In this document: positions 25,314 to 38,387 of the stretch, piece after piece | How positions within the stretch are numbered: the stretch's first letter is position 1 | Layout of the letters: every line of letters begins with the position of its first letter | Source: the human T2T-CHM13v2.0 reference genome, Homo sapiens | Length of the DNA stretch: 64,000 nucleotides | Reading direction: 5' to 3' (one strand) | Assembly (NCBI RefSeq): GCF_009914755.1 | Contig: NC_060926.1 | Notes under the pieces: model-generated | Seen by the model: only the letters and a program-made list of their open reading frames with translations | What the model was told of the DNA's origin: nothing | Database searches by the model: none | Translations under genes and position numbers: made by a program

Positions 25314-25784
25314 TACTTATTAACTGCTCCATATAAACCTCTAATCAGTGGACCATGATGATGCTTCAGGCCCCTGAGAACCAATGTCAACTTTGAACCT
25401 GTGTCCAAAACTTCTCAAAATGTTTGAGAATGACTCTTTTTCCAATGGATGGTAACCTGAGTAAATTTATATATGTTCCTTTGAGAAAGGACTCAGGTAA
25501 TTTTTACTAAATATACTTGCCATTGTATTACTGGGGTCCATCTCATGAGGACCCAGCTTTTCTTCTGGCCAATGAATTTGGCTTCTGAGAACTAGCTGAC
25601 GTGCAGAAACAGGGTAAGAAATGAGGACTTCTCATTTATAGGAGCTGTTCTCAGTCTCCTGGACATTCATTCTTATATAAATTAAGTGATATTTTTGTTA
25701 GCTGCCCATCGATTAGTCATCTTAATAGCTTCCTAAGTGTCAGCCCCCTCAACTGTCACATCAACCCCCATTGGATGCTCTAAA

Positions 25785-26375
25785 AGTCATGTAAAGAATG
25801 TTCATAGGTGTCTTATTTATTATATTCTCAAACTAAAAACAATCCAAATATGTATTAAGGGTAAAATAGATAAATAAAATGTGGCATATTACCAAAATGG
25901 AATCATATATACCATCAATACCAAATGAACTACACCTATAGGAAATCATATGAATGAATCTCACAAACATAATGTAGAGTGAAAGAGACTGGACCTCAAA
26001 GAACACCTATTTTATAGTTTTACTTATATAAAATTTACATACATTTATAGAAATTATAAATATATAATAAATTTTGTAAGTCAGAAAGAACTAATTTCAG
26101 TGCTTATGGATACATGCATAATTAATTAATCTATAAAGAAAAGTAAAGAAATATTTACTCTAAACTTCAGGCTCATGGTTGCCTTTTGCAGGAGGGATGG
26201 GCAGAGATTGAGAATTGGCATGAAGGGGCTTTAGGTTCTGACAGTATTCTTTTTTCTTAACCTGTAAGGATGATAACATGGATGTCGATGTTTCTTTTTT
26301 TATAAATCATGGGACTATACAAACTCACTTAATTCACTTTCTATAAGGATTTCCCAAGAAAAAGTTAAAAATGTA
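25785..26375 (+). mobile_element. L1ME-type 3' end
   Basis: 'aagaatgttcatag...aaacaatccaaat...atgaatgaatctcacaaacataatgtagagtgaaag'. Confidence 0.7.
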
Positions 26376-26579
26376 TTTACAACCCAGTTAAAGGAATATC
26401 ACTCTTGACCTAGTTAAACAAAAATATTTGTGCTCAATTTTCAAATTCCATTTTCTATTATTAAGGCTGAACCACTTCCAAACCTATTTGACATCAGCAA
26501 TTGGGTATATTTAATGCTTTCTTTTAAATCCTAGATCATAATATACACTTGGGGTAAGCACTAATATGGTTTCTGTGTA

Positions 26580-26951
26580 CATGTGCTCCTTGACTACAGT
26601 GAAGTTTTATCCCAATAAACCCATTGTGAGTGGACAACATTGTAAGTTAAAAATGCCTTTAATACACCTAACCTCCTGAACATCACAGCTTAGCCTAGCC
26701 TACCTTAAGTGTGTGCAGAATCACTTACCTTAACTTACGGTGGGGCAAAATCACCTATCATGAAGGCTATTTTATAATAAGGTTGACTATATCATTTATT
26801 TAATTTAATTAATTCATTGAATACTATAGTGAAAGTGAATAACAGAATGGTTTTATGGGTACTTGAAGTATGGTTTTTACTAAATGCATATTGCTTTCAC
26901 ACCATCATAAAGTATGAATGTTTTGAGTCAAATCATGTAAGTTGGGGATTG
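26580..26951 (+). mobile_element. MER47A (TcMar-Tigger MITE)
   Basis: 'tttaatacacctaacctcctgaacatcacagcttagcctagcctaccttaa...gaaagtgaataacagaatggtt'; TA at both ends. Confidence 0.85.
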
Positions 26952-27257
26952 TATTATAAAACCAACTTCCATGCATAAACGTTGAATTTTTGTTACAAAC
27001 TGTACTGTATTTTTTAAAAATCACTAGATATTTCTCAATATCTTTTTCTTGTTGAGAAAATTATTTATCAAAATAGTACACCATCTCCTTGAAAACTCAA
27101 CTTGCTAAAAAAAAAAAAGCGTATTATCCCTTTATTCTTTATGGCTTTATTTCATCCTGTAACTTGTTATAAGTCAGTTTTCAAGGTACATAAAAATGGC
27201 AATTTCATTTTGTTCTTTGTTTCCCTATCTGCCCTTCAGTTTAGTGTGCAAAAACAT

Positions 27258-28928
27258 AACCACTGCTCAAGGAAATAAGAGAGGACACAAACAAATGGAA
27301 AAACATTCCATGCTCATAGATAGGAAGAATCAATATCATGAAAATGGCCTAAATGCCCAAAGTAATTTATAGATTCAATGCTATCCCCATCAAGCTACCA
27401 CTGACTTTCTTCACAGAATTGGAAAAAAATACTTTACACTTTCATATGGAACCAAAAAAGAGCCAGCATAGCCAAGACAATCCCGGGCAAGAAGAACAAA
27501 GCTGGAGGCATCATACTACCTGACTTCAAACTTTACTACAAGGCTACAATAACCAAAACAGCGTGGTACTGGTACCAAAACAGATATATAGAAAAATGGA
27601 ATGGAATGGAGGCCTCAGAAATAACACCACACATCTACCACCATCTGATCTTTGACAAACCTGACACACACAAGCAATGGGGAAAAGATTCCCTATTTAA
27701 TAAATGGTGTTGGGAAAACTGGCTAGCCTTATGCAGAAAAGTGAAACTGTACCCCTTCCTTACACCTTATACAAAAATCAGCTCAGGATGGATCAAAGAC
27801 TTAAACGTAAGACCTAGGACCATAAAAATCCTAGAAGAAAACCTGGACAATACCATTCAGGACATAGGCATGGGCAAAGACTTTATGTCTAAAACATCAA
27901 AAGCAATGGCAACAAAAGCCAAAATCGACAAATGGGATCAAATTAAACTAAAAAGCTTCTGCACAGCAAAATAAACTATCATCAGAGTGAACAGGCAACC
28001 TACAGAATGGGAGAAAATTTTTGCAATCTATCCATCTGACAAAGGTCTAATATCCAGAATCTACAAAGAACTTAAACAATTTTACAAGAAAAAAGCCAAC
28101 AACCCCATCAAAAAATGGACAAAGGATATGAACAGACACTTCTCAAAAGAAGACATTTATGCAGCCAACAGACATATGAAAAAATGCTCATCAGCACTGA
28201 TCATTACAGAAATGCAAATCAAAACCACAATGAGATACCATCTCATGCCAGTTAGAATGGCAATTATTAAAAAGTCAGAAAACAACAGATGCTGCAGAGG
28301 TTGTGGAAAAATAGGAATGCTTTTACACTGTTGGTGGGAGTGTAAATTAGATCAACCATTTTGGAAGACAGTGTGGTGATTCCTCAAGTATCTAGAATTA
28401 GAAATACCATTTGACCCAGCAATCCAATTACTGGGCATATACCCAAAGGATTATAAATCATTCTATGAAAAAGACACATGCAAATGCATGTTTATTGCAG
28501 CACTATTTACAATAGCAAAGACTTGGAACCAACCCAAATGTCCATCAATGATAGACTGGATTAAGCAAATGTGGCACATATATACTATGGAATACTATGC
28601 AGTCATAAAAAAGGATGAATTCATGTCCTTTGCAAGGACATGGATGAAGCTGGGAATCATAATTCTCAGCAAACTATCATAAGATCAGAAGACCAAACAC
28701 TGCATGTTCTCACTAATAAGTGGGAGCTGAACAATGAGAACACATGGTCACAGGGAGGGGATCATCACACACTGGGGCCTGTGGGGAGTGGGGGGCTACG
28801 GGAGCGATGAGAAATAACTAACCTAGGTGACGGGTTGATGGGTGCAGCAAACCACCATGTATACCTATGTAACAAAACTGCACATTCTGCACATGTAACG
28901 TAACACTTAAAGTATATATAAAAAAAAA
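27258..28928 (+). mobile_element. 5'-truncated L1PA (about L1PA6/7): ORF2 C-terminal part, 3'UTR, poly(A)
   Basis: ORFs 27606..27974, 27987..28379 and 28488..28682 translate to consecutive ORF2p pieces ([29 protein letters not shown]) broken by stops; candidate TSD aaaaacat (27250-27257 / 28961-28968). Confidence 0.93.
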
Positions 28929-29507
28929 GAGGTGAGAAGGGTATAAAAAAATTTAAAATGAAAAACATTGCTTAGAATAGAATAAAATCCCATTGTGGAT
29001 TCAGCAATATACCTTGCTCTTAAAAATTTATTCTGCCATTGTTCCGTGACATTAGAATTTTCCTCAGCAATAAACTTACATTTTTTGTGTGTGTATTAAA
29101 AAAAATTAGGGGTGATGACAATGTTTAATGCTAAAGATAAGAAAGGCAATGGGTCAAAATTCAAGGCAATTGTGACTAAAAATGTCAGAGGAAGTCACTC
29201 TAATGCCAAGTCATTCTGATATTCTCCTCTTTTCAACTGTTACCTGGAAGGCTCATATATAATTTTTTAAGATTAAATGGTAAATCCCTTTTCTACTTTA
29301 GAATTGCCAATAAATGACTGATAAAAATGAGAAAAAAATCAGAAGAGAAGAATATGATGAAAAAAAAAGAGGAAAATCTAGTTATTTTGGTAAGTGCTCA
29401 GGCAACCTGGTGAGCTAGTTTGCTCATCCATTTCCAATGCCAGCCCCCTTGTCTCTGACAACTATAGCAAGCAGTAAAAAAGTGGCTGTTCTTACTGTTG
29501 TTTAAAG

Positions 29508-29665
29508 CAGTGATTCTCAAACTCTGCTGTGAATTTTGATTAACCAGGGAGCTCTAAAAATTCTAAATGTTTAGGCTGTGCCCCATAATAATTAAATCAG
29601 AATCTCTTGGAGTGGTCCAGAAGCATCTATAAGTTTTAAAATATCATTGGTGATGCCAATAGGCA
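29508..29665. mobile_element. MER5A-type hAT MITE
   Basis: 'cagtgattctcaaact...aattaaatcagaatctcttggagtgg...ggtgatgccaat'. Confidence 0.7.
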
Positions 29666-30094
29666 TTCAGATTTCAGATATAAGTTTTGGTTTTAATATC
29701 ATATTTAATATGACACAGAAGAAGATAGGTAAGTCAAACATATGTTTCATTCCTAGACTCCCAAATGAGATATTTTCAAGACTTTTAGAATCCTTTCCTT
29801 CGATGATAGGAATGCTAAATGAAGACATTCTCAAAGCTAATGATAATCACAATTTTTATAATTATCCTCATGACTGTAGCAACACCCATTACACAGGCAA
29901 TGTCTTGGGTGTTTTGTATACATTAGCCCTGATCCAACCATACTCTCACAAGGTATATACCGTCTTTAACATATAACAAAAAATACTTTGACAATTTATA
30001 AACTTTAAATACAGCCATGTATGAGTAAATATTGAAATAGTACAAATTATTGTTAAGCAAACTTTGAAAAAGCTTTGTAGAATTAGAATGAACT

Positions 30095-30565
30095 ATGTAT
30101 TAACTAGAGGTAGACTGTGTTCCCGTGTGTCAGGAAACCTGAAATAAAAGTGGTGTATTTTTTTTTTAAGTTGAACTCTTAAGGGAGGCAATTCTGAAGT
30201 AATATGGCAGATCCTCTGTTTCAGGGACCCAGACTTCTAATTTGTGTTCCTCTATTTTTAGTGAATTGTCTCAGGATGGCTGCCAGCACTCCAATCATTA
30301 CATTCAAATTTCAGGTAGCAGGAAGCAAAAAAGAACTGAATATTTGTAAGCCCTTTCTTTAATGGCACTTTCTAATGTTTTACATAGCACCCCCACTCAT
30401 ATATCATTGGCCAACACCTATCCACATATTCTCATTGGCCACAATCAGCTGGGGAACAAAACATTTTATTGGTATGGCAATGTCCTAATTAATATTAATG
30501 TTATTACTATTAAGGCAGAATAGCCAAAAAGTTACTGGGACACACCTAACACTTTTTGTCATAAA
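30095..30565 (-). mobile_element. Ancient MLT1 LTR fragment
   Basis: 'aggatggctgccagcactccaatcattacattcaaatttcaggtagcagga...atatcattggcca'. Confidence 0.55.
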
Positions 30566-30724
30566 GAAAGAGAATTCTTACAGCTAGATGTACAGAAATA
30601 TGTGACAAGACAAAAATGAACCCTTGTGAATTACTTTCTAGCAGACATTTGTTATTGTGAAACATTTGTTATAGTGTACTACTCTTTCTCTTTGAGCATG
30701 GATAGGAAAAATAGCCTAAGATGG

Positions 30725-30940
30725 AGGCTCTCTGTTGGGAAGATTTTGTTGTAGGATCTTCCCCTGCTAGAAAATTTGACATTGTCTGGAGTCATTTTTC
30801 ATTGTCACAACTATGGAAGGTGCTTCTGGCATCTAGTGAGAAGAAGCCTGAGATGCTACTAATTATTATACAAGGCATAGGACAATCCTTCAAATAAAGA
30901 ATTATCTAGTACAAAATATCAATATCTAGGTGAAAACATA
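30725..30940 (+). mobile_element. MER20 (hAT-Charlie)
   Basis: 'tgtctggagtcatttttcattgtcacaact...tgcttctggcatctagtgag...aaagaattatctagtacaaaatatcaata'. Confidence 0.75.
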
Positions 30941-31094
30941 GGTATTTATCTCCTTTTTACTCAAGATGAAATCAATTTCCAAAATGCCAACAACTACACA
31001 AAGAAAAGCAGCAATAGCAAATGACATTGTTGAGAGTAGTATTAAACAAAACACAAAACTGAAAAAAATGAATGTATTAATATACAAATAGTAA

Positions 31095-31955
31095 AATATT
31101 ACAAACTGAAAGTCTTACAGGGACCAAAGATATAATGTGAGTGAGGGAGATTGGCTGAGTGGCAGAAGACAAATGGCAAATGACATTTAGCTTTGATGAC
31201 TAAGAAACTGTAGGGGTGACAAAGAGTATCTTGAGCTCCCTGAACTGTAGATCACAAGCCCCTTCTAAAGGGGGCAGACTACAATTATTTTTAGCCCATT
31301 GTTACTATGTTAGTATCCTAGGGCTGACCTAATAAAGTATTATAAATTAGGTTGCTTAAGACAGTAGAAAATTGTTGTCTCACTGTTCTGGAGGCTGAAA
31401 TTTCTAAATTGATATGTTGGCAAGGCCATTTGCTCTTTGAAGGAGAAGGGAGCATCCTTTGCTACCTATTCCTAGCTTCTGGTGGTCACCAGCAATTCTT
31501 GGCATTCCTTGGCTTGTAGACACATCACTCCCATCTCTTCCACAATGATGATCTCACTTTGTGTATACTTACATGGCATTCTGCTCCCTGTGTGTCTATG
31601 TCTCTATGTCCACATTTTTCTCTTCTTATAAGGAGACCAGTAATTAGGTTAAGACCCATCCTAATCCAATATTACATTGTGTTAACGTGATTATATCTGC
31701 AAAGTGTCTGTTTCCAAATAAAGTTACATTTATAGCTACTGGGGGTTAAGACTTCAATGAATCCTTATGGGGAGCACCATGTAACCCACAATAGTTGGAA
31801 AAACTGGTGCTCTAGATCTGTTAGAAATTGTTTTTTAAAAGGAAGCTGAAAATTCAGCTTTTATGTTAAATTCTCAAATTATTATAAGTTGGCTGGTGAA
31901 AAATAAATCTGTGGGCTGGAGGAAGTTAGAGATTTTGCCAACTTGCCACCTCTGC
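31095..31955 (+). mobile_element. MER102-like hAT element split by MLT1C
   Basis: 'ctaaagggggcagac...cccattgttactatg' before and 'aaggaagctgaaaattcagcttttatgttaaattctc...aacttgccacctctg' after the LTR. Confidence 0.6.
31305..31793 (-). mobile_element. MLT1C-type MaLR solo LTR
   Basis: 'cctagcttctggtggtcaccagcaattcttggcattccttggcttgtagacacatcactcc...tttccaaataaag...gggggttaagacttcaa'. Confidence 0.82.
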
Positions 31956-32585
31956 GTTGATGGGTAAAGAATGTGAAGAGCTGAGGTATTCCCCGATTTT
32001 TTTTTTTCCAAGAGCTGGCACCACAGAGAAGGAGAAGGAAAGTGATGGTGGATATAAGAAACATAAGAAGGAGAGGCGATGTGAAATACCTGGGACATCT
32101 CAGAGGAAGGATTTCGTGACTGAGACAACGAAAGAATTTCAACATATACGATGTGCATAAAGATAATGTAGACATAATTCAAGGAAGTTTTTACAAACAG
32201 AATGTAAACTTGAATTCAAGGACTTATTTGCATGGTTAAATGAGTTTAAGCGTCATTTAAATTAATGCTTTCATTCTTAGATTAGACTCCTGAGATATAA
32301 CCCTGCTGGATAGTTAGTAGACATCTTAGCATTGTTGTTATGTATGCTAAAGGTGTACTTAACTTCTAATATAACATATTTTTGGAAAACATGCATAAAA
32401 TATTTTCTATCTCTGAGATATTTGAGCTTTCAGAGTATCTGCATTCAGAATTGGCAGGCCATGTTAATATGTATATTTTCAAAATCCGTATGGCACCCTT
32501 GAAGCCAAGTGTGAAATTAACTCTACCTGAATCACATGTACTGAGTAGGAAAGGGTGGTCCCTAAGAAAACTACTACAAGAAGGT

Positions 32586-32618
32586 TGGATGAATGGACGG
32601 ATGGATGGATGGATGGAT
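32586..32618. repeat. (GGAT)n microsatellite
   Basis: tggatgaatggacggatggatggatggatggatg. Confidence 0.8.
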
Positions 32619-32699
32619 GCTATTCTGGCATAGTAATATATATGTCTATTCCTCCCTCTTTTCCTCCCTTCCTTTCTTTCTCTCCTCCTCCATTCCTTT

Positions 32700-33650
32700 C
32701 TTCTAACTTGATATTAGTGACTAATATGTAGCACTGTTATAAATACTGAAGAATACATTAATTAAAAACATGGTTCATTACTGGAAGATGAGTCTAGTGC
32801 CAAAATACAGACCACAGCAAAACAGTACAATAAGTGACTATGGAGGCATACACAGGGTACAATGAAAGTAATGAAGAGCGGGAGGTTGGGCTATTTGCAT
32901 ATGGTGTCTGGGTTGATTTTCTAAGGAGATAAGATTTAAAATATTTCATGAAATATGGGTAGGAGTTAGCCAGATAAAAGAGTGGAATAAGGACTTTACC
33001 AAAACATGGAATAGAATATTTAGCAAACAATTTGGTATGGCTTCTTATCTGTGGATGAGAGTCAGAGGAAGCTGGGGAGTCATTAACAGGACATATGATA
33101 GGAAGTTTGGGTTTATTCTAATGACCATTGTGAGGTTCTAATGAGGCAAGGGAGAATAAATGAGTGTTATTACAAAGCGTTAAGACAGGAAACAAAAAGA
33201 AATAATTATTGAAAGTTCAGCAAACCAGTGAAAAGGTACTTTTGAAATAATATGATAAGGTCCTGCATTAACATCACACTGTGGGGATGAGAAGAAAGGA
33301 TGGACTTGAGGCACTGGGAAGAAGAGACCATAGAGGTTGAAGGGAAACCAGAAAAGAATATTAAAGAGGCAGTGAATATGGCCCGGTTAAAAAAAAAAGG
33401 AATAGTAAAATATTAGTAAAGCAGAGAGTATAATAGCTAAAATGTGTGCGTTGTATTGGGGATGTTCCAGTTCAATGGAATACTGGGAAGAGAAGAGGAA
33501 GATTGCAGTGATCTGAGGTGCTGATGAGAAGTGAGGAAGTGGATTTTCAAAGCCATAATGATGAAGGTAAGGAGAGATATAATACAATAGCTGAGCAGAG
33601 GCCTGAAGTGACCTGATGGATATATTTTCTTTAAAGATGGAAGGAATTAT
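32700..33650 (-). mobile_element. Degraded L2
   Basis: 'tatgtagcactgttataaatactgaagaataca...agtctagtg', 'ggtaggagttagccagataaa', 'gaagtttgggtttattctaatg'. Confidence 0.6.
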
Positions 33651-36199
33651 AGTTTGTTAATATACCTAGGGAAAAGAGCCAATGTACCAAGAGGTTAAAG
33701 ATCTATAATCCAGAGGCAGAGCAACAATGAAGAAATTAGTCTTGATTTTAAGCACTCTCTCAATGTAAATGCTTGCCTCTCCTTCCTCTCATTGTACTAT
33801 AAACCACAGTCTTACAGCTAAGAAATAAATTTTCTGAATGCTTTTAGGGCCATACTACTAGTAAAATCTATTGCTTTCCAGGTTTGTTCTTTATCCAAAG
33901 CACCCACTGTTGGATCAGAAGGGAAATATTTGTGGTAAGACTCCAAATTTGCATGTGTTTTTCTTTCTTTTCTCTTTTTTTCTAACAATTTTCTTCCACA
34001 CTCCAGAATTAGGAGAAATGGCTCAATGAAGCTATGTTCCCCTATTTCTAAGGTAACTAGTAAATGCAGCATTACTGGCACAAAGTTCCTCATCCAGCCA
34101 TACCTTAGTACAGCAAGTCACAAGTGTCCTTTCTCCTAATAATCATAATGGAAAAGGCAAATGTAAATAACACCAGGGGAGATGGATCTACATATGGTGC
34201 GTGATTCGATTTTTCTTTAATTTCTTTATGGAAAATGTAATTAGATAGCAATTGGTGCTATGAAGGTACAGATGGTGAGTTTCGGGCAGATCTTATTACC
34301 TGCAACGACAGAGTCCAGCTTGCCTTCGACAGCTATAATTGGCCTCCTCCAGCCTCTTTGGAGTTGGAGTAAAAACATTACCTCTGCCCTTGGTGTTTTT
34401 GCAAAAAGAATGGAATGGTTTATTTTTTATTTATTACTTGTGACAGGAAACTGAAAGAGGAAATGCTGGTCTGAATTCAAGAGAGAGATCAATTCTGGAA
34501 GAAAGTCTCCTCATGTCCCAGGAGAATGAGCAGTCATAAAGGTGTGCATAATTCAAAGATCATTTTGTAGTCATGTCAAATGTTTGGCAGGAGTCAAGTG
34601 ATACATTCTTTTAACTGGTCAGTTAATGTCCACACCAGCTGCAATTATTTCAAATAGTTCTGTGAATATAGAACAACTCCATGAACACATGGCACCTCTA
34701 AAGCCTGTTTTCCTCCAAAGCCTTCTTTCCTGGCATGGGGACTTAATTAAAATTGAATGTGCTGGCCGGTTCATTGCTGATTAAGGCTTGTGGCCAGCCC
34801 TTGCTATCAGATCTGAGAGTTCTGACAGCTTTTCACCAATGACACAAGCTGCTCAAAAAAGGTATGCACAAATAAGAATAGATTAGATTATATTTTTTAT
34901 CCTTTACTCACGTCTTGCTTTGTAAAAACCAAAATGGTCATTTTTATGCAAATATGAAAGGTTAAGTTTCCTCTTAGACTCGTTTCCCCCCTGGATTCTA
35001 GGGAAGATGACATAAAAAGTACTGCTTTATGAAAGGGAGATTATTCTCTTTCAGTTTTTGTTTGTTTGGAGAGAATGCCTCACTGATAGTTCTCGACAGA
35101 TCTCAAAATTTGGCATTTGAATCCCAAGAGTTCGTGCACCATTCTGTGGGGATACATTTATCCTCTTACACCAGAGATTTGACTATGATTTTTTCTATTC
35201 CAAAGTTTAAAGTGTCCATTGCCCAAAGTCTTTCCTGTAATTGTATATATAATCCTTAAGGTACAAAACCTCGACCACCAAATGATGGCCTTGCTTAGTT
35301 TAATTTTGTGGAATCAGTTTAATGTTTAATTCCATTAATAACTGCTTTATATTCAATGAAGGATTCAGGAGGGTACATGGCACTCTCATAAGCCTCTCAT
35401 CCCAGCAAATTTTCAAATGTGGATCAAATCAGGAGACTAAATAGATCCCAGCAGAGGACATAAAAGAAGCATGTCATTTTTCTAAATAAGGCCTTTACCT
35501 ATCAAGAATTTAAAAGATAAAATTATTTTAATGAGTTACTTAAATGCATCAGAATACCTAGGTCTAGTAGTCTAGTACCATTATCATAAGTCTGGGAATA
35601 GAATGTTTAAGCCTATTAAAAGAAAAAAGGAGAGATCTAAAACTATGAAACTTTTAGTAGCTCGGATTGGTATCTCGAGGTATAATTCCAAGTCAACTTG
35701 ATTTACTTCAATTAAATAAAATTATTTATTATTTATTATATGCTAGGTAATAACTGTGCCAGGTACTGTGGATATAAATGTTAGCAAATATGTCCAAGAG
35801 ACAGGTACCAAATATCCTTTTTTTGGAAGGGCAATTAACGCATTAAACCCCAACTTTGTATTAGCTATTGGCCAGCCCACTGTAGTTTTGGAATTACAAG
35901 GTCCAAATAGAGAATGCAGCACATACACCAGTTTAAAATTCCTTTGTACAACTGCTGTAAAATTTCAATCTGAAGAGCTGCTAAATACAGATGGGAAAAA
36001 TATACAAGAGAGGCATAAGGACACCAGTCATCTCAGCTACATTCCAGGCATAAAAGCTAGGAATATTCTAGGAATGAATTCCCCCAAAGATGTAGGCCAC
36101 GTTCTATTTGTCTATATTTCCAAATTCTATTACATGATAAGTACTCAATACATGATTGTGCAATAAATGAACAGTTGAAAGAATAATTGAATGAATTTG

Positions 36200-36440
36200 T
36201 AGATTTGGTAATAGAAGTAGACAGCGAGCTCCTAAAATCAGATAATCCCTTTTTTTCTCTTTTCCAATCACCGTAACTTTAGAAAGTTACTTAACCTCTC
36301 TAAAATGTCAGTTTGCTCATTTGTAAATGGAAATAAAGCATACTAGCTCAATAGCGTTGTTATGAGGATTAAAAGAGAGAATATTAATGAATCATGTAAA
36401 GAGTACCTGGCACATATAGGCTGATTTAGTGTTAATTATT
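36200..36440 (+). mobile_element. MIR SINE
   Basis: 'aagttacttaacctctct...cagtttgctcatttgtaaatgg...gttgttatgaggattaaa...cctggcacata'. Confidence 0.8.
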
Positions 36441-36459
36441 GTGAATATTGGTGATCGTT

Positions 36460-36630
36460 AATTGTGGCTGCACCATGTTTTCATCTGGAGAACTTTTAAA
36501 AAATGGCCACGTCCTACTTCCAGATACTCAAATTAATTGTTTTAGAACAAGGCACAAACATCTCTCTTTATAAAAAGCTTCTCAAGTGACCCGTGATTAT
36601 AATGTGAAGCCAAGGCAGAAAATCACAGTT
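36460..36630. mobile_element. MER5A-like fragment
   Basis: 'gtggctgcacca...catctggagaacttttaaaaaatg...aaaagcttctcaagtga'. Confidence 0.5.
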
Positions 36631-37885
36631 ATAGAAGAAATGCACACACATACATACATGCACGCTTTGTCCTTAAAAATATGAACCATTCATTACAGTC
36701 ATACAGCTATTCTATGAGTTAATTTTTAGTTGTACATTCTGTCATTCTTCAAGTAGTTCTGGGGTGTTACAATTAGGTGTCCTTTTTTCTCACAGATTTG
36801 TTCACTTCCTGTCTGAATGTTTTGTTCACTATAACTAGACTATAGAAATCACCATTCAATCTTCTGGTGGTTTGTTTTTCTCTGAAAATCAATTTTGAGT
36901 AAGAACTGAGTACTCCCATCTCTTTATTGTGGAACCATAGAAGAGTCATAGTTCGAAAATTCAATATTTGATGACTCAGGTTCCTAAAGACTGAATCTTT
37001 TCACTTTATTCATTTTTCTATTATCCTTGAGATACATTATATTCTCTTTTTAGTAAGTCAATTTCCTTGCTTAACTTATAGACTATCCATTATAATACTT
37101 GAATTTCTGTGATACTTAAAACCACAGTCTGAGTGTACAGTTTTATTTTATTATACTTTTCCTGCCTAAGACTATGCTATACCATTTACTGTAGACCATA
37201 ACCCTAGTTGTTTATCATCTTTTAAAAATTAAATCATAACTTAAATGCATAAGTGGAATCTTCTTTGTAGAGGAAATACTCAGTGATTTATTTTGTTAAA
37301 AAAAGACATCTCCAAAATTATTTCTTGTAAATTCTATATATTTGCTTAAAGTTAGTTATATCTGTTTATGAGAGTTATAAATGTACTGAATAAAATATAT
37401 ACCATTTTGTTATTTGCATAGAAATATATAGTTTATTTTCATTATATTAAACTGTGCCTAGATTTTCAAAAACGACTTTTACTTATTTTTATAAGATTCT
37501 TTTACATCTGTGAGGTACGTGCTTCTTTTTACTCTGAAACCTTTCTTCTAAAACGTTGTCTCCCAGCATAGCGGCCTTTTCTTCCAAGCCTCTTTCCCAT
37601 ATTTTTGCATAAGGCATTGCTATCTTGAGGACATTTTGGCCTCATCATGCTACTGTAAAGTGGTTACTAGGTGACACTTCCTGTTTTTCTCTCCAGGCCA
37701 TTTATTGTCCTCTCTAACATGCTTTTCTTAGACACTGAAATGGTTAGATTCTCTTGGCACATAGCAGTGTCTTCTCACTTCTGAGTCCTGGCCAAACCCA
37801 CTCACTTTACTTGTCTGTAGAGATATGGGTTACATAGCATTTTTTTTGCTTGTATGATCAGGGCATTTATGCTTTGTTTCATTAA

Positions 37886-37928
37886 AACACACACACACAT
37901 ACACACATATGTGCACACATACACACAC
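37886..37928. repeat. (CA)n-rich microsatellite
   Basis: acacacacacacatacacacatatgtgcacacatacacacac. Confidence 0.75.
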
Positions 37929-38387
37929 CCCATATTTATATGATTATGTAAGGTTGAATTTTTATTTGTTGTATGTGCAATTTCTTTTCTCCTATATTAG
38001 CTAGATATATTCATTTTGGTACGGTTGTGGCTTTTATTTCCCTGTTTATGAAACCTCTCTTGCACAGTGCTAGGAATAAGATAGGCCCTCATGGACAGGG
38101 TTAGTTAGGACAAACTAACTAACCATATGTGGCTCTAGATAAGTGAAGTAGCTTTGCAATCATTGATAACATTTATGCATTCTTACCAGTCAGTGTTAGT
38201 ATGGCAGCAAAATAGTCATTGCTAGGCATCAAACAGAACTATGGGGTAACCTTACAATGTAGGAGTAATATCTAGCAGTACATTTCAGGTATTGAAATGC
38301 CAGTTTAGTTTATCAAAGAAGACCTATCTTCAGCCTAAGTCTGATGATCCACAATAATCTTGTTAGCTTCATGTTTTCTCTTTAATG

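Larger units (their letters stand above)
24582..25780 (-). pseudogene. Continuation of the ERVL remnant (pro and pro/RT linker), interrupted by MER2
   Basis: The reverse complement of ~25385-25415 reads ttggacacaggttcaaagttgacattg = LDTGSKLTL, a retroviral aspartyl-protease DTG motif; joins 16498 across the L1 TSD. Confidence 0.72.

Noticed and set aside
27606-28682. Three consecutive ORFs with clear protein similarity
   Set aside because: They are stop-interrupted L1 ORF2p fragments of a truncated L1PA, not a host gene
35756-36166. 136 aa ORF
   Set aside because: Non-ATG start, ends overlap L2-like fragments, no recognisable domain or splice structure
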